Source: Burkholderiales bacterium
GTDB taxonomy: Bacteria; Pseudomonadota; Gammaproteobacteria; Burkholderiales; SHXO01
DNA: 64,000 nt
Assembly: GCA_036787045.1 (NCBI GenBank)
Contig: DAIQQA010000001.1
Coordinates: forward strand, 40,167-104,166
Direction of reading: 5' to 3'
The translations under genes and the position numbers were made by a program. Positions 25,022 through 36,092 of the stretch are shown piece after piece. The notes beneath the pieces were generated by a model. It was given only the letters and a program-made list of their open reading frames with translations. It made no database searches and was not told the DNA's origin. Within the stretch, counting starts at the first letter, position 1. Every line of letters starts with the position of its first letter.

Positions 25022-26770
25022 TCACCCCGGCTTCGGGCCATGCCGCGCCAGGGTTTCGACCGCCTCGTGGGCGCTGAGGAACACCCGCCCTGGCGCGAGG
25101 TTCTGGATCAGTGCGGTATGCTTCAGGTGGTCCATTACCGGCCCTTTGACTTCGGCCAAATGCAGCGTGACGTCGGCCAGGCGCAGGGAATGCGCGAGCT
25201 TGCCCAGCATCTCCAGCGCGCTCAAGTCCACACCGTTGATGCTGCTCGCCACCACGACCAGATGCTTGAGGCGAGGTCTGCCTGCCACCCGCTCCATGAT
25301 CGTCTCTTCCAGGTAGGCGCTGTTGGCGAAGTTGAGGTGCTCGTCGACCCGCAACAACAGGATCTCCGGCCAGGTCTCCAGGTGATCGTAGCGTTTGACG
25401 TTGCGGAAGTGCTCGCTGCCAGGCAGCCGGCCCAGTTCCGCCACGTGCGGCCGGGACGCCCGCCACACATACAACAGGAGCGACAACACCACACCGAGTG
25501 TCAGGCCCGCCTCGATACCGACCAGCAGCACACCCAGGAAAGTGCCCAGCAGCACGAGTCCGTCGTGGCGGTCGTAGCGCCACGCCTCGACTGCCCCGTG
25601 GAAATCGATGAGCCTCGACACCGCTACGATGATGATGGCCGCCAGCGCCGCCTTCGGCACCTGCGCCAGCGCGGGCGTGAAGAACAGTGCGACCGTTCCG
25701 ACCAGCAAAGCCGTCAGGATGGTGGCGGCCTGAGTGCGCGCGCCGGCGCTGTAGTTCACCATGGTGCGGCTGAACCCACCCGCCACCGGCATGCCACCAG
25801 ACACAGCCGCGGCCAGGTTTGCCCCCCCCAGAGCGATCAGCTCCTGGTTGGGATCGATGGTCTGGCGATGCCGGTTCGCCAGTGTCTTGGCGATGGACAC
25901 GCTCTCCACGTAGCCCACCAGCGCGATCAGGAGCGCGGACGGGAACAGCTCGGCAAGCGTCTCCAACCCCGGCACGGCGAAGCCGAAATCGGGCAGTCCT
26001 GTGGGGAGGGTGCCGACAACTGCGACACCATGACCGGCGTCGAGCCTGAAGCCTGCAACCAGAAAGGTCGTCACCAGCACCACCGCCAGCGGCGCCGTCT
26101 TGCCGATGACCCCTGCATGCGCCGCGGTCATGCCCGCCCGCACCAGCGCGCGCTCCAGCGGTCGGCCGGAAAGCAGAAGCAGCATGACACTGAGGGCCCC
26201 GAGCCCGAGGGTCGGCAGATTCAGGTTGCGCAGCGCCTCGAGCGCCAGCCTCGGAGCGTCCGCGAGCGGCAGGTGCTTCGGCATCGTGAGGCCCAGCAGA
26301 TGAGGGAGCTGGGCCAGGATGATGATGATCGCCGCCGCCGAGGTGAACCCGGACAGCACCGGATGACTGAGGAAATTTGCCAGCACGCCGAGCCGCAGCG
26401 CGCCGAGCACCAGCAGCACAATGCCGGCGAGAAACGCCAGCAACAGCGCACTGGAAACATAGTCGGCTCCGGGTGAAAGACCGGCGAGCGCCTGCGCCAC
26501 CATGATCGCCGCCACCGACACCGGCCCGACAGCGAGTGTCCGGCTGGTGCCCAGGAATGCGTAGACCAACGGCGGCAGGATTGCCGCGTACAGGCCGGCC
26601 TGCGGCGGCAGACCGGCGAGCAGGCCGAAGGCCATCCCCTGCGGGACCAGCAGGATGGCGGTGACGATCCCGGCCAGCAGGTCGCCGCTCAGGTCCTCAC
26701 GCGTGTAGGCCCTGCCCCAGCCGAGGATCGGCAGCAATCGCTCGAGCCGCCCGTGCCGCCGTTGCGCCAT
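25022..26770 (-). CDS. SulP-family anion (sulfate/bicarbonate) permease with C-terminal STAS domain
   Basis: YTREDLSGDLLAGIVTAILLVPQGMAFGLLAGLPP, multiple TM segments, and a STAS-like C-terminus (LLLRVDEHLNFANSAYLEE...). I chose MAQRR (26770) as the start because third-position GC drops upstream. The track ORF runs to 26854. Confidence 0.88.
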   Translation of the reverse strand: MAQRRHGRLERLLPILGWGRAYTREDLSGDLLAGIVTAILLVPQGMAFGLLAGLPPQAGLYAAILPPLVYAFLGTSRTLAVGPVSVAAIMVAQALAGLSPGADYVSSALLLAFLAGIVLLVLGALRLGVLANFLSHPVLSGFTSAAAIIIILAQLPHLLGLTMPKHLPLADAPRLALEALRNLNLPTLGLGALSVMLLLLSGRPLERALVRAGMTAAHAGVIGKTAPLAVVLVTTFLVAGFRLDAGHGVAVVGTLPTGLPDFGFAVPGLETLAELFPSALLIALVGYVESVSIAKTLANRHRQTIDPNQELIALGGANLAAAVSGGMPVAGGFSRTMVNYSAGARTQAATILTALLVGTVALFFTPALAQVPKAALAAIIIVAVSRLIDFHGAVEAWRYDRHDGLVLLGTFLGVLLVGIEAGLTLGVVLSLLLYVWRASRPHVAELGRLPGSEHFRNVKRYDHLETWPEILLLRVDEHLNFANSAYLEETIMERVAGRPRLKHLVVVASSINGVDLSALEMLGKLAHSLRLADVTLHLAEVKGPVMDHLKHTALIQNLAPGRVFLSAHEAVETLARHGPKPG

Positions 26771-26909
26771 GCTCGTTCTGGTCGTCGCTGTCGGGTTTAT
26801 TGTGGTTGTTGCCGTCGAGTCTGCGACGTGCATTGTATCGGCACCCGCGGCCACACAACAGAATCGGGCGCCGGAGTCACCTCCGGCGCCCGTTATGACA
26901 GACCTGCTC

Positions 26910-27239
26910 TCAGCGGACTACCGCGTGAGGACGCGCGACCGGCAGCCCGGCGGCGGCCCACGCTTCGGTGCCACCGACGACGTTGTAGAGCTGACGGAAC
27001 CCGAGCTGGTGCAGGCGGTGAATGGCCATCTGCGAGCGAGCGCCCGACTTGCAGATCAGATAGACGGGTTTGTGCGCGTCCAGATGCGCGACCGCCGCGG
27101 GATCCATCCGGTCGAGCGGAATGTTCTCGGCGCCCTCCGCGTGGATGGTGGCGTACTCGGCGGGCCCGCGCACGTCGATCAGGTTGAGGGGTGCGGATTG
27201 CCGCTTCTCCCAGAGCTGGGCGGGCGTGATGCTGTACAT
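26910..27239 (-). CDS. Single-domain rhodanese (sulfurtransferase)
   Basis: LIDVRGPAEY..., the active-site loop CKSGARS, and GG..AW. RBS GAGAGGAA is present. Confidence 0.85.
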   Translation of the reverse strand: MYSITPAQLWEKRQSAPLNLIDVRGPAEYATIHAEGAENIPLDRMDPAAVAHLDAHKPVYLICKSGARSQMAIHRLHQLGFRQLYNVVGGTEAWAAAGLPVARPHAVVR

Positions 27240-27375
27240 GCTGGTTTCCTCTCGTGGTCACAGGCGCCCGGTACGTCGGGCAGCATGGCACGCGAGCTTA
27301 GCGGGCATCGGTCGGGCCGTCGGTGACCAAAGTCCCAGACCGGCTGCGCGGCGAAGCGCCGCCGGCGGAGGCTGG

Positions 27376-28872
27376 TCAGCTTCGCGCGATATACCCGTAG
27401 CGCAGATTGCTGGGCGAAGCGCCGTTGCGCTGGTACTCCGCCTTCGTCATCGCGAGCCGGTCGGCCAGACCGGCGTAGGTGACCGGCTCGATGCCGTAGA
27501 GCCGCGCGGAAGTCTCCCCGAAGATCGCGCTCTTCACGCGCCCGGTCGCGGTGCCGAGCGGGGCAAACCCGAACTTCTGCTGCATGTCCTCAGGGATCTC
27601 CAGCCGGCGCAGCCCTTCGATCTGCCACTGCGGCGCCCCGGTCCACACGGCGTCCGTCCCCCAGACGATGTGATCGGCACCCAGCCCCTTGACGAGGATG
27701 CCCATGATCGCCGCACACAGGCGCGGCTGAGCCACCGTGGTCATGGCGAACACCTGACCGAGATCGCCGTACACGTTGCGCACGCCGAACTTCTCCGGGA
27801 TCTCGGCAAGATCGCTCACCCAGTCGATGCGCCCGGTCTGCTCGAACTGCGCGAGCGCCTCCTCGGGCGTGCCGCCGCCCGGGAAGCGATAAGCCGAGTG
27901 ATAGATGATGAAGTTGAGCATGGGCCAGTCTTTCGCCGCCCGGCCCACATCGCGCACGTCGCAGTATTCGCGCAGATGCGGATACTGCTTCTCCACCGAA
28001 GGCGGGAACAGGCCCTTGTGCACGCAGACGTTGCGGATGCCGACTTTCCACAGCCGCTCATAGAAGGGATACAGACGCCGCTCGTCGTCCATCCGCCAGG
28101 GATGGCGGCTCAGATCCTTGTGCGTGTTGTCACCGATGGTGTAGCCCTTGAAGGAGTCCGGCTTGTCCTCCTCGATGGCCCGATCCACTTCCTCGACCCA
28201 GCCGAGCTGCCCGGGTGTGAAGATGGCGTGGCTCAACATCCGGCGCGATCCGGTCATCTCGTTGACACGCGCCCGGGCTTGCGCGGTCATCTGGTTGGTC
28301 AGGAACCAGTCCTCGGGGCGTTCCGAGGGGGCGCTGCTGATGATCGCGATCTTGGTGTCGCTGTCGAGGAACACCTCCTTGAAGTAGTTCTCGAACTTGA
28401 GGTCCTCGAGGCTCTGGGGCTTGTCCACCAGTGCGGGGTTCCAGCCGGCCTTGCCCACCGCCTCGCGCATGCGCACGAAGCCCTCCAGCCGGGTGTCGTC
28501 GCGCAGGAAGTGCGTATGCCCATCGAAGATGAACTGGCCGCCGAGCTGGTTCGCACGCTCGTCGGCCAGCTCCTGTGTGGCGGCCTCGGCCCGGCTCACC
28601 TGGAACAGCGGACCGTACACTTCGTTCATGGTGAGATAGGCGGCGGCCATGCCGGCCGCGGTACGGAGAAACTGCCGGCGGGTGATGCCTTGCCTGCGCG
28701 CCAGCTCGTCGGCCAGCAGTTCGAGCCGCGCCTCGACCTCGCGCTGCTTCGCCGTCTGCGGGACGGGCAGATATTCGTCGCTGGAGACGATCTGCGTAGG
28801 GATGGGGGTGTCGGCGGCGGCCAGCTCGGCGGGGGCGAGCCCCGCCCGCTCGTCATCGGTCAGCAGGTTCAC
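27376..28872 (-). CDS. Amidohydrolase-superfamily (TIM-barrel metal-dependent hydrolase) protein with RRxFLxxAAG motif
   Basis: FDGHTHF (metal-binding HxH-like) and later VHKG, YHSAY, WGTD blocks. GTG 28872 is preceded by GGAGA. RRQFLRTAAGMAAAYL lies about 66 aa from the N-terminus. Confidence 0.8.
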   Translation of the reverse strand: MNLLTDDERAGLAPAELAAADTPIPTQIVSSDEYLPVPQTAKQREVEARLELLADELARRQGITRRQFLRTAAGMAAAYLTMNEVYGPLFQVSRAEAATQELADERANQLGGQFIFDGHTHFLRDDTRLEGFVRMREAVGKAGWNPALVDKPQSLEDLKFENYFKEVFLDSDTKIAIISSAPSERPEDWFLTNQMTAQARARVNEMTGSRRMLSHAIFTPGQLGWVEEVDRAIEEDKPDSFKGYTIGDNTHKDLSRHPWRMDDERRLYPFYERLWKVGIRNVCVHKGLFPPSVEKQYPHLREYCDVRDVGRAAKDWPMLNFIIYHSAYRFPGGGTPEEALAQFEQTGRIDWVSDLAEIPEKFGVRNVYGDLGQVFAMTTVAQPRLCAAIMGILVKGLGADHIVWGTDAVWTGAPQWQIEGLRRLEIPEDMQQKFGFAPLGTATGRVKSAIFGETSARLYGIEPVTYAGLADRLAMTKAEYQRNGASPSNLRYGYIARS

Positions 28873-29005
28873 GGGTGGTCTCCGGATGGGCAGGTACGGT
28901 TGTGTGAGCGCGCCGCACCGCCGAAGTTCACCGCACAAGGTGACACGTCGATTACACCGTCACGCCCAGACGGGCTGCTCGGAAAGCCGTCGTGCCCTTG
29001 ATCGT

Positions 29006-29062
29006 TCCGGTTTTCTTCGTGTCTTCGTGGTGAGCGGTCGAACTAGTGTGTCTCACCACTAG
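29006..29062. repeat. Repeat module TCCGGTTTTCTTCGTGTCTTCGTGGT...TAGTGTGTC....CACTAG (copy 1)
   Basis: It is almost identical in layout to 37352-37399 and overlaps the parC stop codon (29059-29061). Confidence 0.8.
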
Positions 29063-31545
29063 TCCTCGGCTGTAGCCGGCTTCGGCGGCGCCTTCAGCGT
29101 GTGCGGCTTGAGCTTGTCCGGCAGCACGCGCCCCATCCGGGCACGGTGTCCGGCGTAGTGGCCCATGTCCTTGCCACGGATGGTGATCTCCTTCTCGCGC
29201 CCGCGAGAGATCCCGACAAGCATCAGGCTGGGCTGGTCGGACACGACAACCGCGACGAGCTTTTCGCCTTTCTCGAGGCCCATGATGATCACGCCGCGCC
29301 CCTTGGACATCTGCTTCATCTCGGCGACCTGGAACAGCAGCATGCGCCCCTGCTCCGACACTGCCGCGACGTAGTTGCCCGGCACATCCTCGTACATGAA
29401 CGGCGGGATGGGCGTTTCGCCCTCCTCTACGCTCATGAACTCGCGGCCCGCCTTGCGATTGGACATCATGTCCGCGATCTTGGTGAGGAACCCATAGCCG
29501 CCGGAGGATGCCACCAGAACGCTGGTCTCCGCCTTGCCGGCCACCACGTACATGATGTGCGCGCCCTCCTGCACCTCGACCAGGGAGGACGCCGGCGCGC
29601 CGTCGCCGCGGCTGGGCGGAAGCTGCGAGGCCTCCACCGTGTAGGCGCGGCCCTTGGAATCCAGGAACACCACCGGGTCGACAGTCCGCACCTGGATCAG
29701 CGCGAGCAGACCGTCGCCCTCTTTGAATGACAGCGTGGTCGGATCCACGCCCCAGCCCTGGCGGGCGCGCACCCAGCCCTTGCGGGAGAAGATCACCGTG
29801 ACCGGCTCGTCGATCACCGGCGTCTCGAGCTCGGCCTTCTCGGCTTCCTCGATCTTGGTGCGGCGCTTGTCGCCGAAGGTCTTGACGTCGTCCTCGATCT
29901 CGCTGACCACCAGATCCTCCAGCACCTTGCGGCTGCCCAGGATCTTCTCGAGCTGCTTCTGCTCCTTGCGCTTCTCGGCCAGCTCCTGCTCGATCTTGAT
30001 GTGCTCGAGCTTGGCGAGCATGCGCAGGCGCATCTCCAGGATGTCCTCGGCCTGGCGCTCGCTCAGCCTGAAGGCCTTGATCAGATCGGCTTTGGGATCC
30101 TCGGCATTGCGGATGATCTCGATCACCTTGTCCACGTTGAGGAGCACGATCATGCGCCCCTCGAGAACGTGGATGCGGTCCAGCACCTGGCTCAGGCGAT
30201 ACTGAGTGCGGCGGGTAACCGTGGTGAAGCGGAACTGCAGCCACTCCGATAGGATCTCGCGCAGGTTCTTGCCGGTGGGACGCCCGTCCAGCCCGACCAT
30301 GACCAGGTTGATCGGGACATTGGTCTCCAGACTGGTCTTGGCGAGCAATAGATTCACGAACTCGGTCTCGTCGATCCGCGAGGTCTTGGGCTCGAACACC
30401 AGCCGCACCGGATGCTGCCGGTCGCTCTCGTCGCGCGCCTTGTCCAGCATCGACAACACCAGCTGCTTCTCGCGCGTCTGCTCTGGCGTGAGCGACTTCT
30501 TCCCGGCCTTGGGCTGAGGGTTGGTGCTGGCGTCGACCTCCTCCAGGACCTTCTTCGTCGAAACGCCCGGGGGCAGCTCGTACACCACCAGCTGCCACTG
30601 ACCGCGCGCCAGCCGCTCGATGCTCCAGCGTGCCCGCACCCGCACCGAGCCGCGCCCGCTGGTGTAGGCCTCCTTCAGCTCCGCGCGCGGCGTGATGATC
30701 TGTGCGCCGCCCGGGAAGTCGGGGCCTTTGACGTGCTTCATGATCCCGGCGATGGAGAGCTCGGGATCGCGCACCATGGCGATGGCGGCCTGCGCAACCT
30801 CGTTCAGGTTGTGGCTGGGGATCTCGGTGGCCATCCCCACCGCGATGCCCGAAGCGCCGTTCAGCAGCACTACTGGCAGGCGCGCAGGCAGCACGACCGG
30901 CTCCTCGCGCGTACCGTCGTAGTTCGGTACGAAGTCCACCGTGCCCTGATCCAGCTCGGACAGCAGCACCTCGGCGAACTTGGTCAGACGCGCTTCGGTG
31001 TATCGGTACGCCGCCGCTTCGTCTCCGTCGCGCGAGCCGAAGTTGCCCTCGCCGTCCACCAACGGATAGCGCAGCGTGAAGTCCTGCGCCAGGCGCACCA
31101 ACGCGTCGTACACGGAAGCGTCGCCGTGCGGATGGTACTTCCCGAGCACGTCACCCACCACAGCTGCCGACTTCGTGCGCTTGGTGCCCGCGCGCGTGCC
31201 GTTGTCCCACATGGTGTAGAGGATGCGGCCCTGCACCGGCTTCTGGCCGTCGCCCACGCGCGGCAGCGCGCGGTCCTTCACCGTGGCGATGGCGTACTGC
31301 AGATACTGCAACGACGCATACCGTCCCAGCGGCAGCGCATCGCCGAACTCGCCCTGCATCGGCGCGAAGTGCGGCGGTAGGTTGCCCCCGCCGGCGCCAC
31401 CTGCCACCGGCTGCGTGGCCTGCTTCTCCGGCTTGCGCGGCTCACCGCGATTCGCCGCCGGGCGATCCTTCTCGGCTACTGCCGTGTCCTCGCCGGTGCC
31501 GAACAGATCACCGGTGGTATGGTCTGAGCGTTTTTTGCTGTCCAT
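29059..31545 (-). CDS. parC: DNA topoisomerase IV subunit A
   Basis: [49 protein letters not shown] (catalytic Tyr), and [17 protein letters not shown]. It lies immediately downstream of parE. The N-terminal extension is about 60 aa and low in complexity. Confidence 0.93.
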   Translation of the reverse strand: MDSKKRSDHTTGDLFGTGEDTAVAEKDRPAANRGEPRKPEKQATQPVAGGAGGGNLPPHFAPMQGEFGDALPLGRYASLQYLQYAIATVKDRALPRVGDGQKPVQGRILYTMWDNGTRAGTKRTKSAAVVGDVLGKYHPHGDASVYDALVRLAQDFTLRYPLVDGEGNFGSRDGDEAAAYRYTEARLTKFAEVLLSELDQGTVDFVPNYDGTREEPVVLPARLPVVLLNGASGIAVGMATEIPSHNLNEVAQAAIAMVRDPELSIAGIMKHVKGPDFPGGAQIITPRAELKEAYTSGRGSVRVRARWSIERLARGQWQLVVYELPPGVSTKKVLEEVDASTNPQPKAGKKSLTPEQTREKQLVLSMLDKARDESDRQHPVRLVFEPKTSRIDETEFVNLLLAKTSLETNVPINLVMVGLDGRPTGKNLREILSEWLQFRFTTVTRRTQYRLSQVLDRIHVLEGRMIVLLNVDKVIEIIRNAEDPKADLIKAFRLSERQAEDILEMRLRMLAKLEHIKIEQELAEKRKEQKQLEKILGSRKVLEDLVVSEIEDDVKTFGDKRRTKIEEAEKAELETPVIDEPVTVIFSRKGWVRARQGWGVDPTTLSFKEGDGLLALIQVRTVDPVVFLDSKGRAYTVEASQLPPSRGDGAPASSLVEVQEGAHIMYVVAGKAETSVLVASSGGYGFLTKIADMMSNRKAGREFMSVEEGETPIPPFMYEDVPGNYVAAVSEQGRMLLFQVAEMKQMSKGRGVIIMGLEKGEKLVAVVVSDQPSLMLVGISRGREKEITIRGKDMGHYAGHRARMGRVLPDKLKPHTLKAPPKPATAED

Positions 31546-31563
31546 ATGCTGTCACCTCACCTC

Positions 31564-31590
31564 GGCCCTCTCCCGTCAAGGGAGAGGGCC
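31564..31590. repeat. REP-like hairpin GGCCCTCTCCC-GTCAA-GGGAGAGGGCC
   Basis: A perfect 11-bp stem, read directly, in the parE-parC spacer. Confidence 0.85.
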
Positions 31591-31639
31591 GCAAAACGCG
31601 CCTCGCGCGCCTGCCCATCTGCCGTCACCTTCACCCCTG

Positions 31640-31662
31640 CCCTCTCCCGTCAAGGGAGAGGG
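31640..31662. repeat. REP-like hairpin CCCTCTCCC-GTCAA-GGGAGAGGG (second copy)
   Basis: It has the same stem and loop as 31564-31590 and lies 76 nt downstream of it. Confidence 0.85.
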
Positions 31663-31680
31663 GGCCTAAGGCGCCTTCGT

Positions 31681-31718
31681 GCCTCGCCCCTCACTCCTGA
31701 CTCCTCACTCCTCACGCC
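31681..31718. repeat. Solo microrepeat arm (CCTCACTCC units), same subfamily as 5043-5075 in opposite orientation
   Basis: The reverse complement ggcgtgaggagtgaggagtcaggagtgaggggcgagg compares with 5043 ggcgtgaggggtgaggggtcaggagcaagggga. Confidence 0.7.
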
Positions 31719-31719
31719 G

Positions 31720-33708
<1,989 letters not shown>

Positions 33709-33716
33709 GGTTTACC

Positions 33717-34289
33717 TCATTGACTGCGTTTGACTGCCGCCGCTGCGGCCCGCCGTTTCTGAACCTGTCCGCCCTCGCGTCCGAGCCTGGCCTGCAGCTC
33801 GCGCACCGCGAGGTCCTGCACGTTGCCGCCCCCGGCTCGAATGGCATCTACCAGCGCGAGCAGCTCGTAAAGCTTCGGGTCGCGCCGTGCCGCTTGCGGC
33901 ACCGACTTGTAGAGCGGCGAGAACTCGGTGCCGCGCACCTCCCCATCCGGATCAGGCCACACCGGGGGGGGCTCTTCCGATTGTGGCAGTATCCCGCTCA
34001 GCGGCGGCGCGGCCTCGGCGGTGGGCATCCCCAGCGTCATCCCGCCGCGCGCCGGCGTGAACACATATTTCAGCCCGTGCACCAGAAACTCCCCCAGGGC
34101 ATCGGCGTCCGCGTAGCCCCAACCGTCGTCGAGCTTCATTAGCGACGCCTCCAGGGCACGCTTGACGGCGGCATGCACCTCCGAGGCCGACATTCCCAGC
34201 TCGTAGGCGAGCTGGCTGTAGGACCAAGGCGCACGCTCCAGCGCAACGATCTTGAGCAGGACGAAGACGTCCTGGGGCTTGAGGCTCAC
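33717..34289 (-). CDS. Hypothetical protein with N-terminal winged-helix/HTH-like segment, 8 nt upstream of parE
   Basis: The start is MSLKPQDVFVLLKIVALERAPWSYSQLAYELGMSASEVHAAVKRA. Third-position GC is high, and the stop at 33717 lies just before the parE ATG at 33708. Confidence 0.7.
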   Translation of the reverse strand: MSLKPQDVFVLLKIVALERAPWSYSQLAYELGMSASEVHAAVKRALEASLMKLDDGWGYADADALGEFLVHGLKYVFTPARGGMTLGMPTAEAAPPLSGILPQSEEPPPVWPDPDGEVRGTEFSPLYKSVPQAARRDPKLYELLALVDAIRAGGGNVQDLAVRELQARLGREGGQVQKRRAAAAAVKRSQ

Positions 34290-34394
34290 GGCTGACGTAT
34301 CGGCTCCTTGGCGTGGGGCTGCACCCTCGCCAGACCGGATGAGGAGGGAGGGCCTCCGCGATCCCTCCCGTTCAGGCCGGCCGGGGAGTACAGT

Positions 34395-34415
34395 CTATTC
34401 GCGAATCGCGAATAG
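34395..34415. promoter_or_regulatory. Perfect 9-bp inverted repeat CTATTCGCG-AAT-CGCGAATAG (candidate operator) in a divergent intergenic region
   Basis: Read directly. It is a locally AT-rich island between the divergent genes starting at 34289 (-) and 34560 (+). Confidence 0.4.
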
Positions 34416-34559
34416 CGAAAGACGTGCCGGGTGGCCGGCGCCGGGCTGTCGTCCGGCGGCGTCGCCGGGTGGCGCGGGCTTGATCGAGATCATGCCGCGA
34501 GCGTAGCGGTAGACTAAGTTGTTCTTGTAATCGTTCGAGATCAACAACAAGGAGATCAC

Positions 34560-34955
34560 ATGGCGGCACTGACCCAGGAACAGACCCGGCGCCTGCGGAA
34601 GGCGCTCGACGAGCGCTATGCGCTGCTGATCGAGGAGGTGCGCACCGAGCTCGAGCGCTCGGGCGAACAGCACTACATCGACCTCGCGGGGCGTGTAACA
34701 GACTCGGCGGACGAGGCGGTGGCGGATGTCCTCGCGGACCTGAACGCGGCCATCATCGACCGCCAGGTCCACGAGATCCGGGACATCGAAGCCAGCCGCC
34801 AACGGATGGAGGCCGGCACCTACGGGCGATGCATCGATTGCGGAACGGACATCGGCTTCGAGCGGCTGATGGCCTATCCCACCGCCAAGCGCTGCATCCA
34901 GTGCCAGAGCCAGCGCGAGAAGGGCTACGCGCACGGCGGCACGCCGCGGCTGTAG
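34560..34955 (+). CDS. DksA/TraR-family C4-type zinc-finger protein
   Basis: CIDCGTDIGFERLMAYPTAKRCIQCQ (CxxC-N17-CxxC), a coiled-coil N-terminal part, and RBS AAGGAG. Confidence 0.85.
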   Translation: MAALTQEQTRRLRKALDERYALLIEEVRTELERSGEQHYIDLAGRVTDSADEAVADVLADLNAAIIDRQVHEIRDIEASRQRMEAGTYGRCIDCGTDIGFERLMAYPTAKRCIQCQSQREKGYAHGGTPRL

Positions 34956-34970
34956 TGTACTTCCAAGGCA

Positions 34971-35187
34971 TGAACCACGGAGGACGCGGTGGACACGGAG
35001 GAAAAGCGATAAGCGCTAGGATCGAGATAGGTCGGCGCATCCCACGCACCGTTGGCCTAACGGGCCCAACAGCAAGTGCGCAGGTACGCTACCGCGCAAG
35101 AACCGAAGCGTGCCGTCCCAGCTTCCCGTGGCACCATTGGTCCGTTCTCTTCGAAGTCCTCCGTGTCCACCGTGTCTCCGTGGTTCA
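34971..35187. repeat. MITE/REP-like inverted-repeat element (ACGGAGGAC-type arms)
   Basis: The left arm is 34971-35006 (tgaaccacggaggacgcggtggacacggaggaaaag). The reverse complement of the right arm (35149-35187) is tgaaccacggagacacggtggacacggaggacttcgaag. Confidence 0.88.
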
Positions 35188-35218
35188 ATAGCGGTCTCGC
35201 AGGAGGGCTCGGAAGCAT

Positions 35219-35914
35219 ATGGCAGTAGAAATCGCACTGATTGTGGGCGCTGGCAGCGGCCTGTCGGGGTCACTGGCGCGGCTGTTCGCGCGAGAGGGGA
35301 TGCAGGTGGCACTGGCCGCGCGCCGGGTCGACAAGCTCGCCGAGTTGTGCGGGCAGACCGGGGCCCGGGCCTATCCCTGTGACGCTGCCGACCCGGCGCA
35401 GGTCGAATCGCTGTTCGATGCCGTCTCGCGCGACCCGGGCGAGCCCACGGTAGTGGTGTATAACGCCAGTGCGCGTGTGCGCGGGCCGATCGAGTCGTTG
35501 GACCCGGCACGTGTGATGGACGCGCTCGCGGTCAGCGCCTTCGGTGGGTTCCTGGTCGGTCAGCAGGCCGCCCGGCGCATGCTGCCGCGGGGCTCGGGCA
35601 CCATCCTGTTTACTGGCGCCACAGCGAGCGTGAAAGGCTTCCCGCAATCGGCCTCCTTCGCCATGGGCAAGTTCGCGTTGCGGGGCCTGGCGCAATCCAT
35701 GGCCAGGGAGCTCGCCCCCAAGGGAATCCATGTCGCGCACGCGGTCATCGACGGGGGCATTGCGTCGAGCTACGCCAAGACCGACGAGGAGCGCGCCAGC
35801 GACCGCTATCTCGCGCCCGACGCCATTGCGCAGACCTTCCTCCACCTGCATCGGCAGCATCGCAGCGCGTGGACCTGGGAAGCCGAGGTCCGCCCCTGGA
35901 CCGAGACGTTCTGA
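35219..35914 (+). CDS. Classical short-chain dehydrogenase/reductase (SDR)
   Basis: IVGAGSGLSGSLARLFAREG (TGxxxGxG-like), NASA and the catalytic region; 231 aa. Confidence 0.85.
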   Translation: MAVEIALIVGAGSGLSGSLARLFAREGMQVALAARRVDKLAELCGQTGARAYPCDAADPAQVESLFDAVSRDPGEPTVVVYNASARVRGPIESLDPARVMDALAVSAFGGFLVGQQAARRMLPRGSGTILFTGATASVKGFPQSASFAMGKFALRGLAQSMARELAPKGIHVAHAVIDGGIASSYAKTDEERASDRYLAPDAIAQTFLHLHRQHRSAWTWEAEVRPWTETF

Positions 35915-35955
35915 GACCGGCATGCAGCGTAGATTCACATCCTGGAAGCCGAAGA

Positions 35956-36092
35956 TGAACCGCGGAGGACGCAGAGGACGCGGGGTGAATTGATGTATTG
36001 CCTAGACCGATCCGCTCTTCATCGGGGTGAGCCCGATCCGATGCAGAAGCCCGTTGTCGCGCCTCCGCGTCCTCTGCGTCCCCCGCGGTGAA
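35956..36092. repeat. MITE/REP-like inverted-repeat element (GCAGAGGAC-type arms)
   Basis: The left arm is 35956-35985 (tgaaccgcggaggacgcagaggacgcgggg). The reverse complement of the right arm (36062-36092) is ttcaccgcgggggacgcagaggacgcggagg. Confidence 0.85.

Noticed and set aside
33964-33971. G8 homopolymer inside the wHTH gene (and the C8 run at 25822-25829 in sulP) as possible phase-variation tracts
   Set aside because: Both encode Pro-Pro or Gly-Gly dipeptides in a very GC-rich genome, where such runs arise by chance. There is no evidence of frame switching or alternative ORFs.
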